From: Lama glama | Lineage: Eukaryota | Reading direction: 5' to 3' | NCBI GenBank assembly: GCA_028534125.1 | Contig: CM052818.1 | Location: 39,806,001-39,870,000, forward strand | Length of the DNA: 64,000 nt | Shown: positions 25,085-38,099 of the stretch, piece by piece | How the letters are laid out: each line of letters starts with the position of its first letter | How positions within the stretch are numbered: the first letter of the stretch is position 1 | Notes under the pieces: generated by a model | Told to the model about the DNA's origin: nothing | Seen by the model: the letters and a program-made list of their open reading frames with translations, nothing else | Database searches by the model: none | Made by a program: the position numbers and the translations under genes

Positions 25085-25425
25085 AACCAGTCCAATTCAA
25101 CCGATGTTTATCAAATGCCTTTTAAGGGAAAGAATGAAGCATGGCCAGGATGTGGATGGGCATCCTAAAAAGTCAGACGTGATTTCTGTTCTCAGGGAGA
25201 GGAGACACAAGTGAGTGAGCTTATTTATGAACAATAACAACCACCATAGCAATGACAACAATAAAATGATGAAAATGCCGTGGAAAGTGAAATAGCTGAT
25301 AAGATGAGACAGAGAAGCCCAGGATCTGGGGATGGGTGGGGAACTGATTCTGACTAGAGACTTGGGAAAGTGTTCTCAGCAGAGGTGGCATTTGAACTGC
25401 ATCTCTGAGGACAATGATTGTGAGC
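25085..25425 (-). mobile_element. L2 LINE 3' region
   Basis: ccaattcaaccgatgtttatcaaatgcc...ggaaagtgttctcagcagaggtggcatttgaactgcatct. Confidence 0.6.
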
Positions 25426-27354
25426 ATGCTGGTGGGTGGTGGTGGTGGTGGCAGAGATGAAGAGAGCAGTTGCCAATCTTTGGATGCTGATGATTTACCA
25501 GGCTTGTTATTATTTGCTGAACAGATTCTATGTTAATGTTTCAAAAGGAAAAGTGGAAGAAGGGGACTTTTGGAGACAAAAGAGACTGAGAAGAAACACG
25601 TGGTGTGTTGGTGTGTGTGAAACAGTCATTTGGTGTGTTCAAGGTCCACCATGGAGGGTTGTAAGAATGAGCTAAGGCTGGAAGAGGAAGAGCAACCAGA
25701 TCAGCAGAAAGCTCCAAATACTCTGAGTTACATGAGTCATACTTAGCACTCTCTGGGAGCTTGTGTGGGAAGCTGACCCCATTAGACTAAGCAGGACAGC
25801 CTTGTGGTGTGCACATCTGTCCTCCACAACCCTGGAATATGCTCTCTGAAATTGCATGGTCTGCAGCAAAACTTTTATCTAAGGTTTATGAAGGAAAGAC
25901 CTTGAACCCAGTCTTTCGACAGCTACAGGAAAGATGAATTTGGTGAGGGCCTGGCAGACATCATTATCAGAAGACGTCTAGTGCATCATGGACAAAGGAA
26001 GAGCGGGGTAGTGCTTTCTCAGGAGATGTGGTATTCCTTTCCACTTTAATCCACGTGCTTCCTGAAGCATCTAGGCTTCCTCTGTCTTTAAACATGAATT
26101 TCACATGTGCCTGAAATAAGCACTTCAATGTTTTGCTAACAAAACCCACTTTTTTTTTATTATTTTTAAAATTGACTGAGTCTAATGTCTATACACCGTG
26201 GGGGGAAAAATGCCCATTCATGGTGAAGGTGTCTTTATGGGAAAAAAATTCAGAGAATTCTGATCTCTCTGAAAGAGACAGAAAAACAGAAAAATAATGG
26301 CCCCCAGGAAAGAATATTAGTTTTTAAAGAAGTTGAAATATCTTAGAGATATCAGCTGTGGTCTTTTTTTCTTTAAAATATGTGGTCATTTGGGGAATGA
26401 GGAGGGAATGTGTGTGTGTGGCGGGAGGGTTTAATCAGCTTGATAAAGTTCACCACTTTATTTCAGTTGGGCTGAGTCCAGTTAAGATTAGGAAGGAACA
26501 GAAAGGTTTATCTGGAGAACAATTAGTGGTTTATGAGGAATACTCAGTCCTGCTTTTTAGTTTTGGTAAATCTCAAGCGAAATAATGAAATAATACTGAC
26601 AAAATAAATACGATAAAACCTTAAAAGACCCATATCTGTAGTTTTTACCAGATTTGAGAGGCAGCAACATCAGATGGTTGGGACTCACTTCTCCGGATCG
26701 TGATGCAGAGAACGCTTGCTCTTAAATGTTGAGTTCAGATTTCTTCCCAGGGTCTCTGGGTGTCCTGGGAGCAGAGACACATTTAGATGCAGGGACCAGG
26801 CTGGTTTCCTGAATTTCTAGGCATCCACAAGGCTTGGATTTTAATGAAAAAGTTTATCTTAAAAATTCCAGAGATTTCAAGGCAAGCTGTTAACATGAGA
26901 AGCCAATGTTTATTCCCTCTCAAGTTCACCTTGAAACAATCAACAGAACATGCCAGAAGGGGAAAAGAAATCTTTATGGACATGAGTGAACAGGGAGGGG
27001 TGCCATCCATATGCTGGACACTGAGCGACTTTGGCTGGAGGCATTGTTTGGAACAGTAAACAGTGGGCGACCAAACTGACTGTGGACTGTTGAAATACTT
27101 TCATGCTGGTCGGTAGCCAGCCACTTCCAGGAGCCTCCTGAGTGCTCTCATGCTGACCTTGTCGTCTAGGTGGTTCCCTCCGCTGGAAACCCTTCAGTCT
27201 GCCTGCAGTCCGGAAACTGAAAGGTTAATACTGGGCACTGTTGGGAGGTCTCCAGGATCCTGTGTCAGAGGCCACTGGGGTTGCCCAAGCTGTATTACTT
27301 GTTGAGTATTTTGAATGTCTGTGCCGTTGATTCGCCAGCTGACATGGTGTATGA

Positions 27355-28052
27355 GGGAGGTGTTGTTTGCTGTTTATCTTGAAATAGCATCCCCTTCTTT
27401 GTGGGAACTGCTTCTTCCCCACACCAAGCATGAGGTTCTGATGGGGGATGACAAACGTGGCTCCCTGTGGCCTTGGCTATAGTGGTTGGTTCAGGGATGA
27501 TCAGGTAACTCAAGCCAGGTCAGTCAGATCATTTGTTTGTTTATTGTTGTCATCATCACTATTATTTTTATTTATTGAAGTACGGTTGACTTACAGTATT
27601 AGTTTCAGGTATATAACGTAATGATTCGATGTTTTTATAGACTATATACCATACAAAGTTATTACAAAATGTTGACTATATTCCCTGTGCTGTACATTAC
27701 ATCCCTGTGACTTATTTACTTTATAACTGCTAGTTTGTATTTCCCATTTCCTCTGTTTATTATTTTTTAGCGAGAGCTGCCACTCTCAGGTTACAAAGTG
27801 GAGGATGCTGGAACTCTCCACAACAATGCCTCTGCCACATGGGGGAGATTTCCAAGAGAAGAAAGGTCTACTCAAGGGGAGCAGACAGAGCGATCGTGTG
27901 GAGGTCCTCAGGATATCATGTCCCTGGGTCTGACTGTTTATGAACCCCCCGTCCCCTACGTCTATTCCAATCCTTTCTGCTGTTTACCCTCCCCTTCACA
28001 GAGTGTGATTGGATTATTGTTACCTTCAACCAAGGAGCCTTGGTTAAGACAA
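27355..28052 (+). mobile_element. MLT1 (K/L-type) solo LTR, interrupted by an L1 tail
   Basis: ccttggctatagtggttggttcagggatgatcaggtaactcaagccagg...ggattattgttaccttcaaccaaggagccttggttaagaca, a MaLR LTR end. Confidence 0.7.
27565..27755 (-). mobile_element. 5'-truncated L1 3' end (L1MA9 / cetartiodactyl type)
   Basis: tttattgaagtacggttgacttacagtattagtttcaggtata...ttgactatattccctgtgctgtacattacatccctgtgacttattt. Confidence 0.85.
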
Positions 28053-28479
28053 GATGTAAATGGGAGCTAATCCTGGCAGAGCCGGGGAACACTTCAGGTA
28101 GAGAGGGGGTGTGGCAGTGAGGCCCTTGTGGAGTACGCTGTTGCTTCTCCATCAGCAATAGGAGGAAGCACAGAGCTTACTTCCTGGTGGAAGTGGTCAC
28201 ACAGAGCCAAGACCTGGCCAGGGGAGCCTGTCTTCCCCACCTGTGCTGCTATGAAGCGCCCAACTGTCACTCAGGTGTGACTCCTTCTGTTTCCCTACTC
28301 TGTCTGCTCAGGATGCTAGTTCTCTGAACTGGCAATACATTGTTGGGTGGAGCTTTTTTCCTGTTTTGGTTTCTTTTATCTATATGGAGCTGCTTCTGTT
28401 AAAGTTTCCACCAGGAGGGTGCATACCAGGTTCTCACAAATCCCAGCTTCAACCTTACCTAACTGTGAGCCAATGTTTA

Positions 28480-28685
28480 GGTGACATTATCACACTTGCT
28501 ATGTGCTAAACACTGTAATATGCTTACATTGCCTCATTTAATCCATGCAATAATTTTATGAGTTAGTTACTGGTTTTCCAACTAATCTATAGAGAAACAG
28601 GTAAGAAAAGGTCACTGTGCCAACAAGCGGTAGAGACATCACTGAAACCCAGGCAGTCTGACTCCTAACTGTGCATTGCACTGTG
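28480..28685 (-). mobile_element. MIR SINE
   Basis: cacttgctatgtgctaaacactg...cctcatttaatcc...agagaaacagg...tgaaacccaggcagtctgactcc. Confidence 0.75.
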
Positions 28686-29189
28686 GACAACGGACTGGAC
28701 AGTGGTCCCCAGGGAGCCCTGGTTCTGGAGCTTGGCTCTCAGGAAGCCTCTGCTCCAAACTCGTCATTCTGCTGCATGCCCTGCGACTCTCCTTAATATA
28801 GTTTGAGCTGGGTTTTTGGTCACTTTCCACTTTGAACCAAGAAGCCTTGACTAGCGACTAAGTGGGAGGAGACCCTGGAAGACCTCTGTGAACACTTACA
28901 CAGGACACTGGGCACTCACTGCCCAGGCCGAGGGGAGATTTCTGTGAGGTGACCAGATGGGGCCGCACCGCAGGCCTTTGAGCGCCTCCTCCACATCAGG
29001 AGGTGGCTTGGCTGCCAAAGACCCTGACGATTCCCAACTGCCTGCTCTGGAATAACTTCACTGTAAGGAAACAAGAACACTTGAGGATGTATTTCATGCA
29101 TGTTTGTAAACTCAGTAGGGAACAGGGGCTGTGGACTGCATCATTAAAAGGGAGAAAACTAAAGTGAGTCCTCACCTTATCAGCATGAA

Positions 29190-29530
29190 GTACTTTAGTA
29201 AAAAATTTAAAATCATGTTTGGAACAGTGAATGGCTGGCTGGAAACTGTAGAAAACAATGAGGAGACAAGAGCTTTAAACAGTCTTCTCAAACTCTAAGG
29301 AAAACTTCAAAGGCAAATGACAAGAGATTGATGAAGAGATGTGGGGAATAGATCGTGGAGACCAAACTGCGTACAGTAAGAATTCCTAAAAGAGGAAACT
29401 GTAAAGATATAGCAAAGATAAACAGCTAATAGAAGAAACTCCCCTAAAAGAGCTGGAAAGGAAACAGAAAAAAGAAAGTATGAAATAAGTATCCTTAGGA
29501 CACTTACAACATTGAATTATTCCTATTCTG
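29190..29530 (+). mobile_element. HAL1 / old L1 ORF1-region remnant
   Basis: A-rich tract gtgaatggctggctggaaactgtagaaaac...gagatgtggggaatagatcgtggagaccaaac...aagaattcctaaaagagg resembles a decayed ORF1 coiled-coil/RRM region. Confidence 0.45.
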
Positions 29531-31067
29531 GGCCACAGAGGACATCTCACTAAATAACACCGCCCAGGCCACAAAGAGAAAGTGCACTGACCACAATGTC
29601 TGACCAAAACTAACTACTAAAGCCTTCAGTCATTAGATGAGGCTCTATGTGAATTCCTGGCCCCTCCGTTCAGACCATCACAGTCCTGCGTCTGAGGACA
29701 GGCATTGTGTACCTTATGCTGTTACTGTTTTCATAACGAGGGGACCAGTATGAAATAACATAGCCTGGCGGGGAGGTGGAGCATAGAAATTTACTGCAGG
29801 CAACTTCATGTTAGTTTTTGAAAAGAAAGGAATATATCAAATGATTTTAAAGAACTAGAATTACGGAGTTGGAGAGGTTCTTAAGCCATCCTTCTGCCTA
29901 ACTCTCTGATCTCACGGAAGAGGGATGAAGACCCACAGAGGAGAGAGGATGGGTCTTGGGTCCTGTAGCGGACAAAATCTGGCTGTTGTCCACGTCTCCT
30001 GGGGGCTCCTAGTTCTGTGCCTTTCCACTGCTCTAGGAGTTTATCCTGAATCAAGAGTCGGTATCTATGTTCCATGTTTGGATCGTGGGCTGGGTTCCGT
30101 ATCTGAGAACTCTTGGTGGGCCCATTTGCCTGGCAGAGCAGAGACTGGCTGCTCCCTGGGGACTCCTCTTGCAAGGAGAGCCTGGACAATGTGGTTGTCA
30201 TTACCCAAATCGCAGGCTTTCCACCTCTGCCAGGTAACCTGTGAAGCAACCTCTGACATCATTAAATGCTGAAATCACTAAACTGTAAACGTGTGTTGGG
30301 GGGTGTTCTCTGGAACACCCTTATGACCTCTTTTTGTCGAGGCTCATTTTGTTTTTATTTTTTCCCCAGGATCTGACTAGTCTCCCCTCTTTCTTTCCTC
30401 TATCACAGGCGCCCGGGATGGGGCGCACCCTCTGCCTCCTCTCTTTCGGCGGCATTTCTAAGTCACACCATGTGGGCAGCTGCTTTTCTGTATCACCGGG
30501 CCAAGTGGTGTGTTCTCAGTTGTCCGGCTGGGCTGATCTCACACCAGGCCTTCTTCGCAGAGCGGAGAAAGCAGAGAGGTGGAAGTCACGCCGGCTTTTC
30601 AAGCCTGCTAAACTAACTACTGCAGGGGGACCTTGTTTCCAGCCATGAACTTATGAACCGAGGATTTTATGAAATCCAATCCTCATTGTTATTATAGCAT
30701 AATCCTCTTTCAGTTATCCACCCTATTCTTCTGTAACTGTTTTACTTCTTCCTTCCATTCCCTGTCAGGGGCTCTGGGCATCAGAGGTTTCGGATGCCCA
30801 TCTCCTGACCCCTCTTCTGGTAAGATGCCAGGGGCCGAAGCTCGGTGGAAGCCGGCTCAGCCTCTGAGATCTCCACCGTGCTTGGGTGGGATGATGGCAG
30901 AGCCTCTCGGGTGGAGGCAGGAGGGTGTCTCTGGGAATAATGTCCTCTCAACTAACACACCTTAGTTTTGGTGCTTTCAGATGAGCCTTTTGAGTTGAGA
31001 AACAATGAAGAGCAAAGGATTTTAGGACAAGAGGTCGTCATCTTAGCGATCACCCACTCCAGATTCT

Positions 31068-31425
31068 CTGTTTCAGTTTTCTATTTTTGCATAACATAAT
31101 CTCCCCCAAATGCATTGGCTAAACAGCCACCACCATTTATTTGCTCATGACTCTGTGATGCTGTCAGGATGCAGTTATTGGGGAAGATCTCTCTTTCTGG
31201 TTCTCCTGCACGTGGCCATTCTCTCTCCACACAGTTGCTCACCATTCAGTTGTCAACCTGAGCATCTTCACCTGGAGGCTGCCTTCCCAGAGACAGAAAA
31301 CAGTACCTACCTGGCCTCCCAGGGTTGGCTCAGAACTGGCTTCCATCACATTCTATTGCCCAAAGCAAGTTGCAGGGCAGCCAGGCATTTAGAAGAGAAG
31401 AAGTAGACAGAAGAGTGGCGTGAGC
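31068..31425 (-). mobile_element. MLT1 (MaLR) LTR
   Basis: tgtttcagttttctatttttgcataac...ccatttatttgctcatgactctgtg...cacattctattgcccaaagcaagt. Confidence 0.75.
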
Positions 31426-32818
31426 TTGCAGGAAAAGGAAGGGCACTTGGCACCATCTATGGACGCTGCACCATCTATGCAGAAGATCAACCACACTCTG
31501 TTTTTCAGAGAGCTGCACTTGGGCCCCTGCAATATGGAGTGACCCAATGAACTGGCGGCATGGTTGGAGGCTCCTGAGTCCCAAGAGAAAAGGACTCACT
31601 TTTCCTACTTTTGAGAAAAGAATTGAATTTCCCTCTTAGACTCATCTGAAAATATGAGGGAGTTCTCTGAGAGAGTAGTCATGGTGAGAAATTGGAGGGA
31701 GATAAGAAAGGGATGTGTATTTCGAGCTCTGCCAGCCACAACTCAGATCTATCAGGTGAGCCAAGTTCATATTTCCGTTTGGACTTTGCGTAAACCCCCT
31801 AGGGCTGTTTTTTATGTTTGTTAAGTGACTACTGATTATGTCACCTAAGTCTATTTTTGATCTGGAAATGTGTTGAGTAAGCATGGGAAAAGTGAATCAC
31901 TGAGGCTTTGCTGGCCCACACTGAACAGTGAGAATATGAACACACTACTTTAAGTGAAAAGAGTGTAGAAAGATGGGAGAGGAAACTCCACGTTCAAACC
32001 CCCTGCAGCAGCACAGCAGTGAATTATGTGAAATCTGTGATCAGTCACAATGGCCTTGGAAGCTTCCTTGAGGAGGTGCTAAAGGTCTTGGCCATTTCTC
32101 TTTCTCTTTTCTTGCTTTTCATTGGAAAGATGTTCAGTAGACAGTTGATGCAGTTGGTGTGAGAATGATAAGGTGTGGTATATACTGTGTCTCATGTGCT
32201 TTTCCAAGCTGCTTGCTTCTGATCCTAGAAAGAAAAGGTATCTGAAGTCGTGGGCTTAGCTTGGAGTCCGGATGTGAGTGGAGGCCCTGCCCCCGGGTGG
32301 TGGCTCCAGGTGCGGGTTCTCCCTGTTTACTCAGCCTGGGGATGAGGCGCCATCGTCTGCCTGCTTTGTGGGGTTCGGGGCAGGTGTGATGCACGGTTTT
32401 GCATGTGTAGTAAGCAGTTCCCCGAGACTGGATACAACTGGGTTCAGGCCCCATTATATGCCTACAGTGTTCATTACTGATCCTAAGACCGAGATTCCAC
32501 ATCTAGATGGGCTGTTTTTGGTCTAAATATTGCTCTGTGCAGTACCTTGATGAATTACTTGGGGCATCATGCAGTAAGCATAAGGATTTATTCAGTTTAT
32601 ATTAAATGCTTAACAAAGTCCTTTCTGACTATAGTTACCTCTTTGTTGTTTCAGTCTTTGAATACATGAACACGTCTGCTATGAGACAGTAGTGGCAAGG
32701 CTCTTACAGTGGTACGCCCACAGTAAAGTTTTATCATGTTTCCTCAGTTGAAAAACTGGGGAGGTAGTGTTGGTAAATAGATAGATGAAGAAATAATGAC
32801 TGATGTTGATCTTACTAT

Positions 32819-33225
32819 TGTATTAGTTTCCTGTTGTTCTGTAACAAATCACCATTAAGTTAGTGGCTTAAAGCGACACACATTTATTTTCATACAGTTC
32901 TGGAGGTCAAAAGCCTAAGATGGGCCAGCAGGGCTGCGTTCCGTTGGATGCCCTGGAGAAGAACCCATTTCTTTGGCTTTTACACCTGGCAGGAGGCTGC
33001 CTACATTCCTTGGGTTGTGACCCTACGTCACCCCAACATCTGCTGCAGTCATCACATCTCCAACTCTCTGCCTGTCTGCCTCGTATAAGGACCCTCGTGA
33101 CTATGCTGGACCAGCCTAGATAATCCAAGCTAATCTTCCCATCTTAATATCCTCAGCTCAGTCTCATCTGCAAGGTTGTTAAGTCCCTTTTGCTCTCCAA
33201 GGGACATTATTCTGTCAGCCACACA
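32819..33225 (-). mobile_element. MLT1 (B/C/D-type) solo LTR
   Basis: TG...CA ends; tgtattagtttcctgttg...agtggcttaaa...cagttctggaggtcaaaag...ataatccaag...catctgcaa...cacaca; partial TSD actat/actga. Confidence 0.9.
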
Positions 33226-33271
33226 ACTGATGTTTGAAACACTCACATAGTATTCGCTGCAAGTGTCTGTA

Positions 33272-33963
33272 CAGCCCGTTCTGTTACATGTTTCTTTTAA
33301 TAGGAAAAATGGTATCAGTATAATGGTGATTTTTCACAAAATTTTTTAACGTGTTTAAAAAAGAGGGCAAGTTTGTTTTCAAGTAAAGTGACAGCCTTTG
33401 TGATAAATGAAAAACCTTAAGAAAAAAGCTGAAAACCCTGCACAATGCTTTCCTTTAGAGCAAGAAGTGACTGGTATGATGGCTTTAAGCACTGGTACAC
33501 TTCCTTCTGTTGTAAACTATTTGGGGAAGCTATAAGGCAAGTGAAGGAGCTGCAAGTACATTTCCCTTAGTGTTAAAAAAAATTAACTGATAAAGAAAGT
33601 TTACGCCTTGGATCATATATTTTATTTTGATGAAACTGATCTCTATGAGATGAAATGCCCTTCAGGACCTATGTCTTGAAGGCAGAAATGAAAGGAATTA
33701 AGTGGAAAATTAAATTAAAAAAATTAAAGATGCAAAACATAGAGGGGCTCTGATGCCGGGAGCAAAAACCAGTGGTGATTTAACTACTCTATTATTTGTG
33801 TTACTAATTGTTACTATTTTTGTTAGTGCTGTTTAAAATTTCATGTTTTGAATGATCCACTCTTAACTTTATTTTCCCCAAAGCCCTGCTGCTTTTAATG
33901 TGTGGTTTTATAAAATGTGAGGTTTATCAGGAACATATATACGACATTATAACAGAAGTTACT
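33272..33963. mobile_element. Ancient Tigger-family (Tigger13-like) DNA transposon
   Basis: TA + cagcccgttctgttac at the left end and ttataacagaagttact at the right form degenerate TIRs; the right end gaggtttatcaggaacatatatacgacattataacagaa resembles Tigger termini. Confidence 0.5.
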
Positions 33964-34711
33964 TCATTTGAATTTCAAAGTCACTGTTAATTCCCCTCAC
34001 AGTAATAGACAGAAACCATCTGAACAGTTGCTAATTTTGTTTTCCTGAAAACCCCCATCAAAGGAGGATACTTACCCCAAACAGAATGGGAGAGCATTTG
34101 GGAAATTTGGGAAGAGTTAGAAAAATTTTGATGTAGATAACATTTGAGCTAATTGTAAAGAATGAATAGGCATTACTTGGATAAGAAAAGATGGGAATGA
34201 GACTCAGAAAGGCGGTCAAACACTCAAGAAATATCTGCTGCGTTAGTTCATAAATTTTTTAGGAAGCACAAGTTTGATTGTTTACATGTAACCAAATGGC
34301 TTTGATGCTGGCCTTGTTTGTTGTATTCTGTGTAGCATCTTGTTGAAAGACAGCATGAGCGATCTCCAGGGTGACAGCAAGTCTGTTTCCTTGGGGAGAG
34401 TATGCACTGGGATGCTGACCAGGCCGTTTCCCCATCCCCACCTGGCTATCTGGCACTCACCTGCTGGGTGATCAGAATTGATTTAGAAAAAGCCACCTTC
34501 AGCACAAATGAGGTAGATTATTGGGCTGTCTGCATGAGACAAGCTCTGGCAAGGAATTTAGGCTCTTTCCATTTGTGCATGAGCAGTTCCTTTTAAGCTC
34601 AGAATTGTTTATTCATAAACTGAGACAAGGTGGAGGCGGGGTAGAGGAAAGGGACTCAGATTCTGCCCACAATTTGGGGGATTTGTTTGGGGTGAGGTTA
34701 GCATGAAAGCC

Positions 34712-34736
34712 TTTTTTTTTTTTTTTTTTTTTTTTT
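34712..34736. repeat. poly(T) tract
   Basis: about 25 consecutive T. Confidence 0.95.
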
Positions 34737-35384
34737 GCATTGGGGGCTCAGCAGACAGGGCATGGGAAGTAACGTGGGGCATACAGACCCCCACACCTCG
34801 AGGTGGAGGTGGGAGCAGGCATCAATCCAGTGCCTCTTGTCCTCCTTAGTTTTAAAAAGAGAAGGTTAAGAGGGCAAGAGGAGGTGAACGTCTGCTGTGC
34901 AGAGAGACAAGTCAGACAATGTGAGTTTTAATTGAAATCATATCCCCAGCATTTTACTTTTCAAAAGTTGTTAGCATGATCGAGGTTGCATTTTCTTGTG
35001 ACTACTATTATTACTGTCACGCTGAGTGCTCTGGGCAGGGGCTGAAGGTTACATGTGGGCTGGGAACGCTGGGCCACGTGGGCGGGGCTGGCAGGTCGAG
35101 GCCCCAGTCTGGGAATGCTCCTCTGGAGCCAGCTTCTGGCCGCCTTGCCTCTGGCCATGCGCGCCTGCTCTCTGGACACCGAAGTGTCCTCTCAGGCACT
35201 TGGTGGAGGTGCTGTTGTCTGCCTTCTCTTCTGGCTCAGACCCCTTGGCTCCACGTTGTCTTTCTCTGCCGTGGGGAGCTGCGTGGAGCTATGCAGCTCG
35301 TGGATCACACAGAGGACTCTGCCAGGGATCGGACTCCTCAGTGTTCTGCAGGGTCCTATTCAGAGAGGAAGGTGTAGCTTAATG

Positions 35385-35562
35385 AGGCTCCCCAGCCTTG
35401 AAAATGCATTTGACTTTCCTGGGGCCCCTGCTGGACCGCAGGGGCCGATGCAGTGGGTTTGGGGTTGGGGGGCGCTTAGGCGGCTGTATTTTTAACAAAT
35501 TCCCAGGTGATGCCGATGCTGCTGGTCCCTGGACCACAGGACCACACTTTGACTAGCAAGGA
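35385..35562. mobile_element. MER5A (hAT-Charlie) MITE
   Basis: tgtattttttaacaaattcccaggtgatgccgatgctgctggtcc...gaccacactttgactagcaagg. Confidence 0.85.
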
Positions 35563-38099
35563 CTTGGACTACAGCAGGAAACCAAGTTACCTGAGACCTC
35601 TAAGCTGTGTATTTTTTTAGAAAGAAAACTCCAAGGAGAGTAAACTCGAAGGGGCCCTCTCTATTTGCCGAGTGCCTGGACCGTGAGCACTCAGCGGGGC
35701 CAAACCTGAGAGAGCTGAGAAGCACGCCACTTCCTGCCCTTGGGGAGCTCATGCCCGCGCTGGGAAGCCGAGACTCACCGCGGGCGGCGATCAATCACAT
35801 GCCATGTTTTACTGCTGCAGAAGTGCCAAAGCCGGGGAGTTGGGGACAGACTCTGAGTGCTCTGAGGTGCAGAGTGACAGGCTGTCTGAGGGAGTCTGGA
35901 AATCTTGGTTCAAAGTGAGGTTTGTTCAAAGGCGAGGGTGGGTAGCTCAAAGGAGGCAGCGTAAAGGGCACCCCTTCTGCCTTCTTCCCCTGGACACGAC
36001 TACTCTCTTCTGTCCTGGTGGCTGATGTTTCCAGTGGTTTCTTTTGTAGACTAAGTGACCAGGGGGAGGGAAAGGACGGCCTCACGTTTGCTTGGTGCCT
36101 GCTCAGCCCAGGGTGGTGCACCGTGGGAAAGGACCCTCCACCCCCGAATTCATTCGGCAAACATTTCCCACCATGTTCCACGCCCGGTCCCCGCAGGTCA
36201 CGTGGGTACAGAGAAATGGGCGGATACTGTCCCCATCCTGTAAGAGCTCAAGTCGGCGAAAATTAAATCACTGGGCAGCTCTGGTTGTAGAGAAATTTGT
36301 TTTTTTGTGAAAAGCATGGAAGTAGGGATTTCTGCGAGTGATTTGTTTAACTCTTACCATAGGCAGCAATAGAATATTTCCAAAACCAGTTCAGGAAAAA
36401 AAAAAAAAACCCACACAATTCTCAATCAAGGCTTGTTTTGGTTATTCTGACAGACTCTCAGAGGTCTGCTGCTGCTTTTAGAGGCAGCTGTACTTGGAGA
36501 AAGGTGTCATTATGTCCCTCCAGCAGTCACTGGTCTTGGGCTCAAGGTCAGGGTCTTTAGGAAAATCTAAATGACTTAGACACTTGGCAGTGAGGTAGAG
36601 TGAAGCGGTGGGGTGGGATTACCTTCTCCTTTCAGGCATCCTTGCGGCCGTGAGGCATCCTGGGGATTATCCCACAAGAAGCCCCCTCTGACATTTTCTG
36701 AAGCACCGGGGATCAGCACAAGTCATCATGTTCTTTGAATTGTTTTTGGTGGGGAAGGATTTTGCCTTACCTGTCCCTGGAAGGAAAATCCTGTTTTGTC
36801 CTAATTTTCTTGTATATGTTTTAGTACTAAAACGACTTTGAATACAATTACCAAGAAGTTCAGAATGTTTAATGGGCTCTGTGGCAGTCGAGCTAAAATG
36901 CCTGTCACTCTGTCTCTCTAATGTGCACAGAGCATTCCTGCCCAGAGTGAGAACTGCGAATGTTATTTTCTTGGCTTGGATCTTGGCAGGTGTGTAACGT
37001 GACTCCTGATAGCAGGACAGCAGATTACATTCGGCTATAAAACCATTTCTAAGGCTCTTGGCACCCAAACTGTTATTGCATGTCTGCAGGTGTTTAGTAA
37101 TTGGATTAATGCAGAGCCGGAGGAATGTCTGCTCCCCGGCTCTGAGAAACATTGAGGAAAGACAAATTCATTTCGGAGAGTGACCTGGAATGCATGATGA
37201 CAGGCCTGCGCTCACACATGAAGCCTGATCTAAGCCTGCATGTTTAAAACGAACCTCTGTGAGCAGTCACCCTCCCTAGGAAAGTTTATCCAAAGCTAAA
37301 CACAGTAACAGCGGCCTGTGAGCCCAACGGGAAGGAGCTTCAGCTTGGGTTTTGATCCTCTTCCAAAACTTAGGCAACTTGAGCTTAAGCCTTCCTATCA
37401 TGCAGCTTGCAAACCCTACAATCCTAGGTGTTTAATAATTATAATAATTTTGAAAAGACCTTGGTAAACAGAAGAGGAGGATAAACCTCGCAGTGGAAGT
37501 GCGGCGACCACAACGGTTTCCTGGGCCATCACGCTTTTGCCAGTTCATTCCCACCTTGATTGTAAAGACGGTCTCTGCTGGTCACAGACCTCCTGAAAGC
37601 CGCTCCTAAAATGACGAGCAGCCTTCACAGCCCGCCGCAGCTCTGACCAGTGCGCAGGAGATGTGGCCGCTCTCGGGGGAGTTGTGTCATTCTGGCTAAT
37701 TGAAACTTACGACAGTCTCCGAGAGCAAGAAGCCAGACTTCTCAGAGGCTCCCACCTGAGGAGATAAAACCTAATGGCTTGGCCTTACAAACCTAACCTC
37801 TTTCTCCGCTTTACAACTCAGGAGGGAGGCGGACCACTTGGAGAGAGTCCAAATAAAGGGAAGATAATGGTGAAAAGGCGAGTTCTGTGAAGAAAGGCAA
37901 AAGAATCGGGCCTGCTTAGTTTAAATTCGAGAGGGGTGACTTGTAGTTCACAAATATCAGTCCGGTAGGTAGTGAGAACTGACCCGGGAGGGGAAGCCAG
38001 GAAGCCAGGCATGGGACACAGAGCATGAACGTGAAGGGCTTGGAAGGGAGAGGAAATGAGAAATCTCTGTGTGGAGAAAGGAGCCTGCTCCAAATGGCT

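Noticed and set aside
34712..34736. poly(T) as the tail of a processed pseudogene or SINE
   Set aside because: No recognisable element body or TSD next to it
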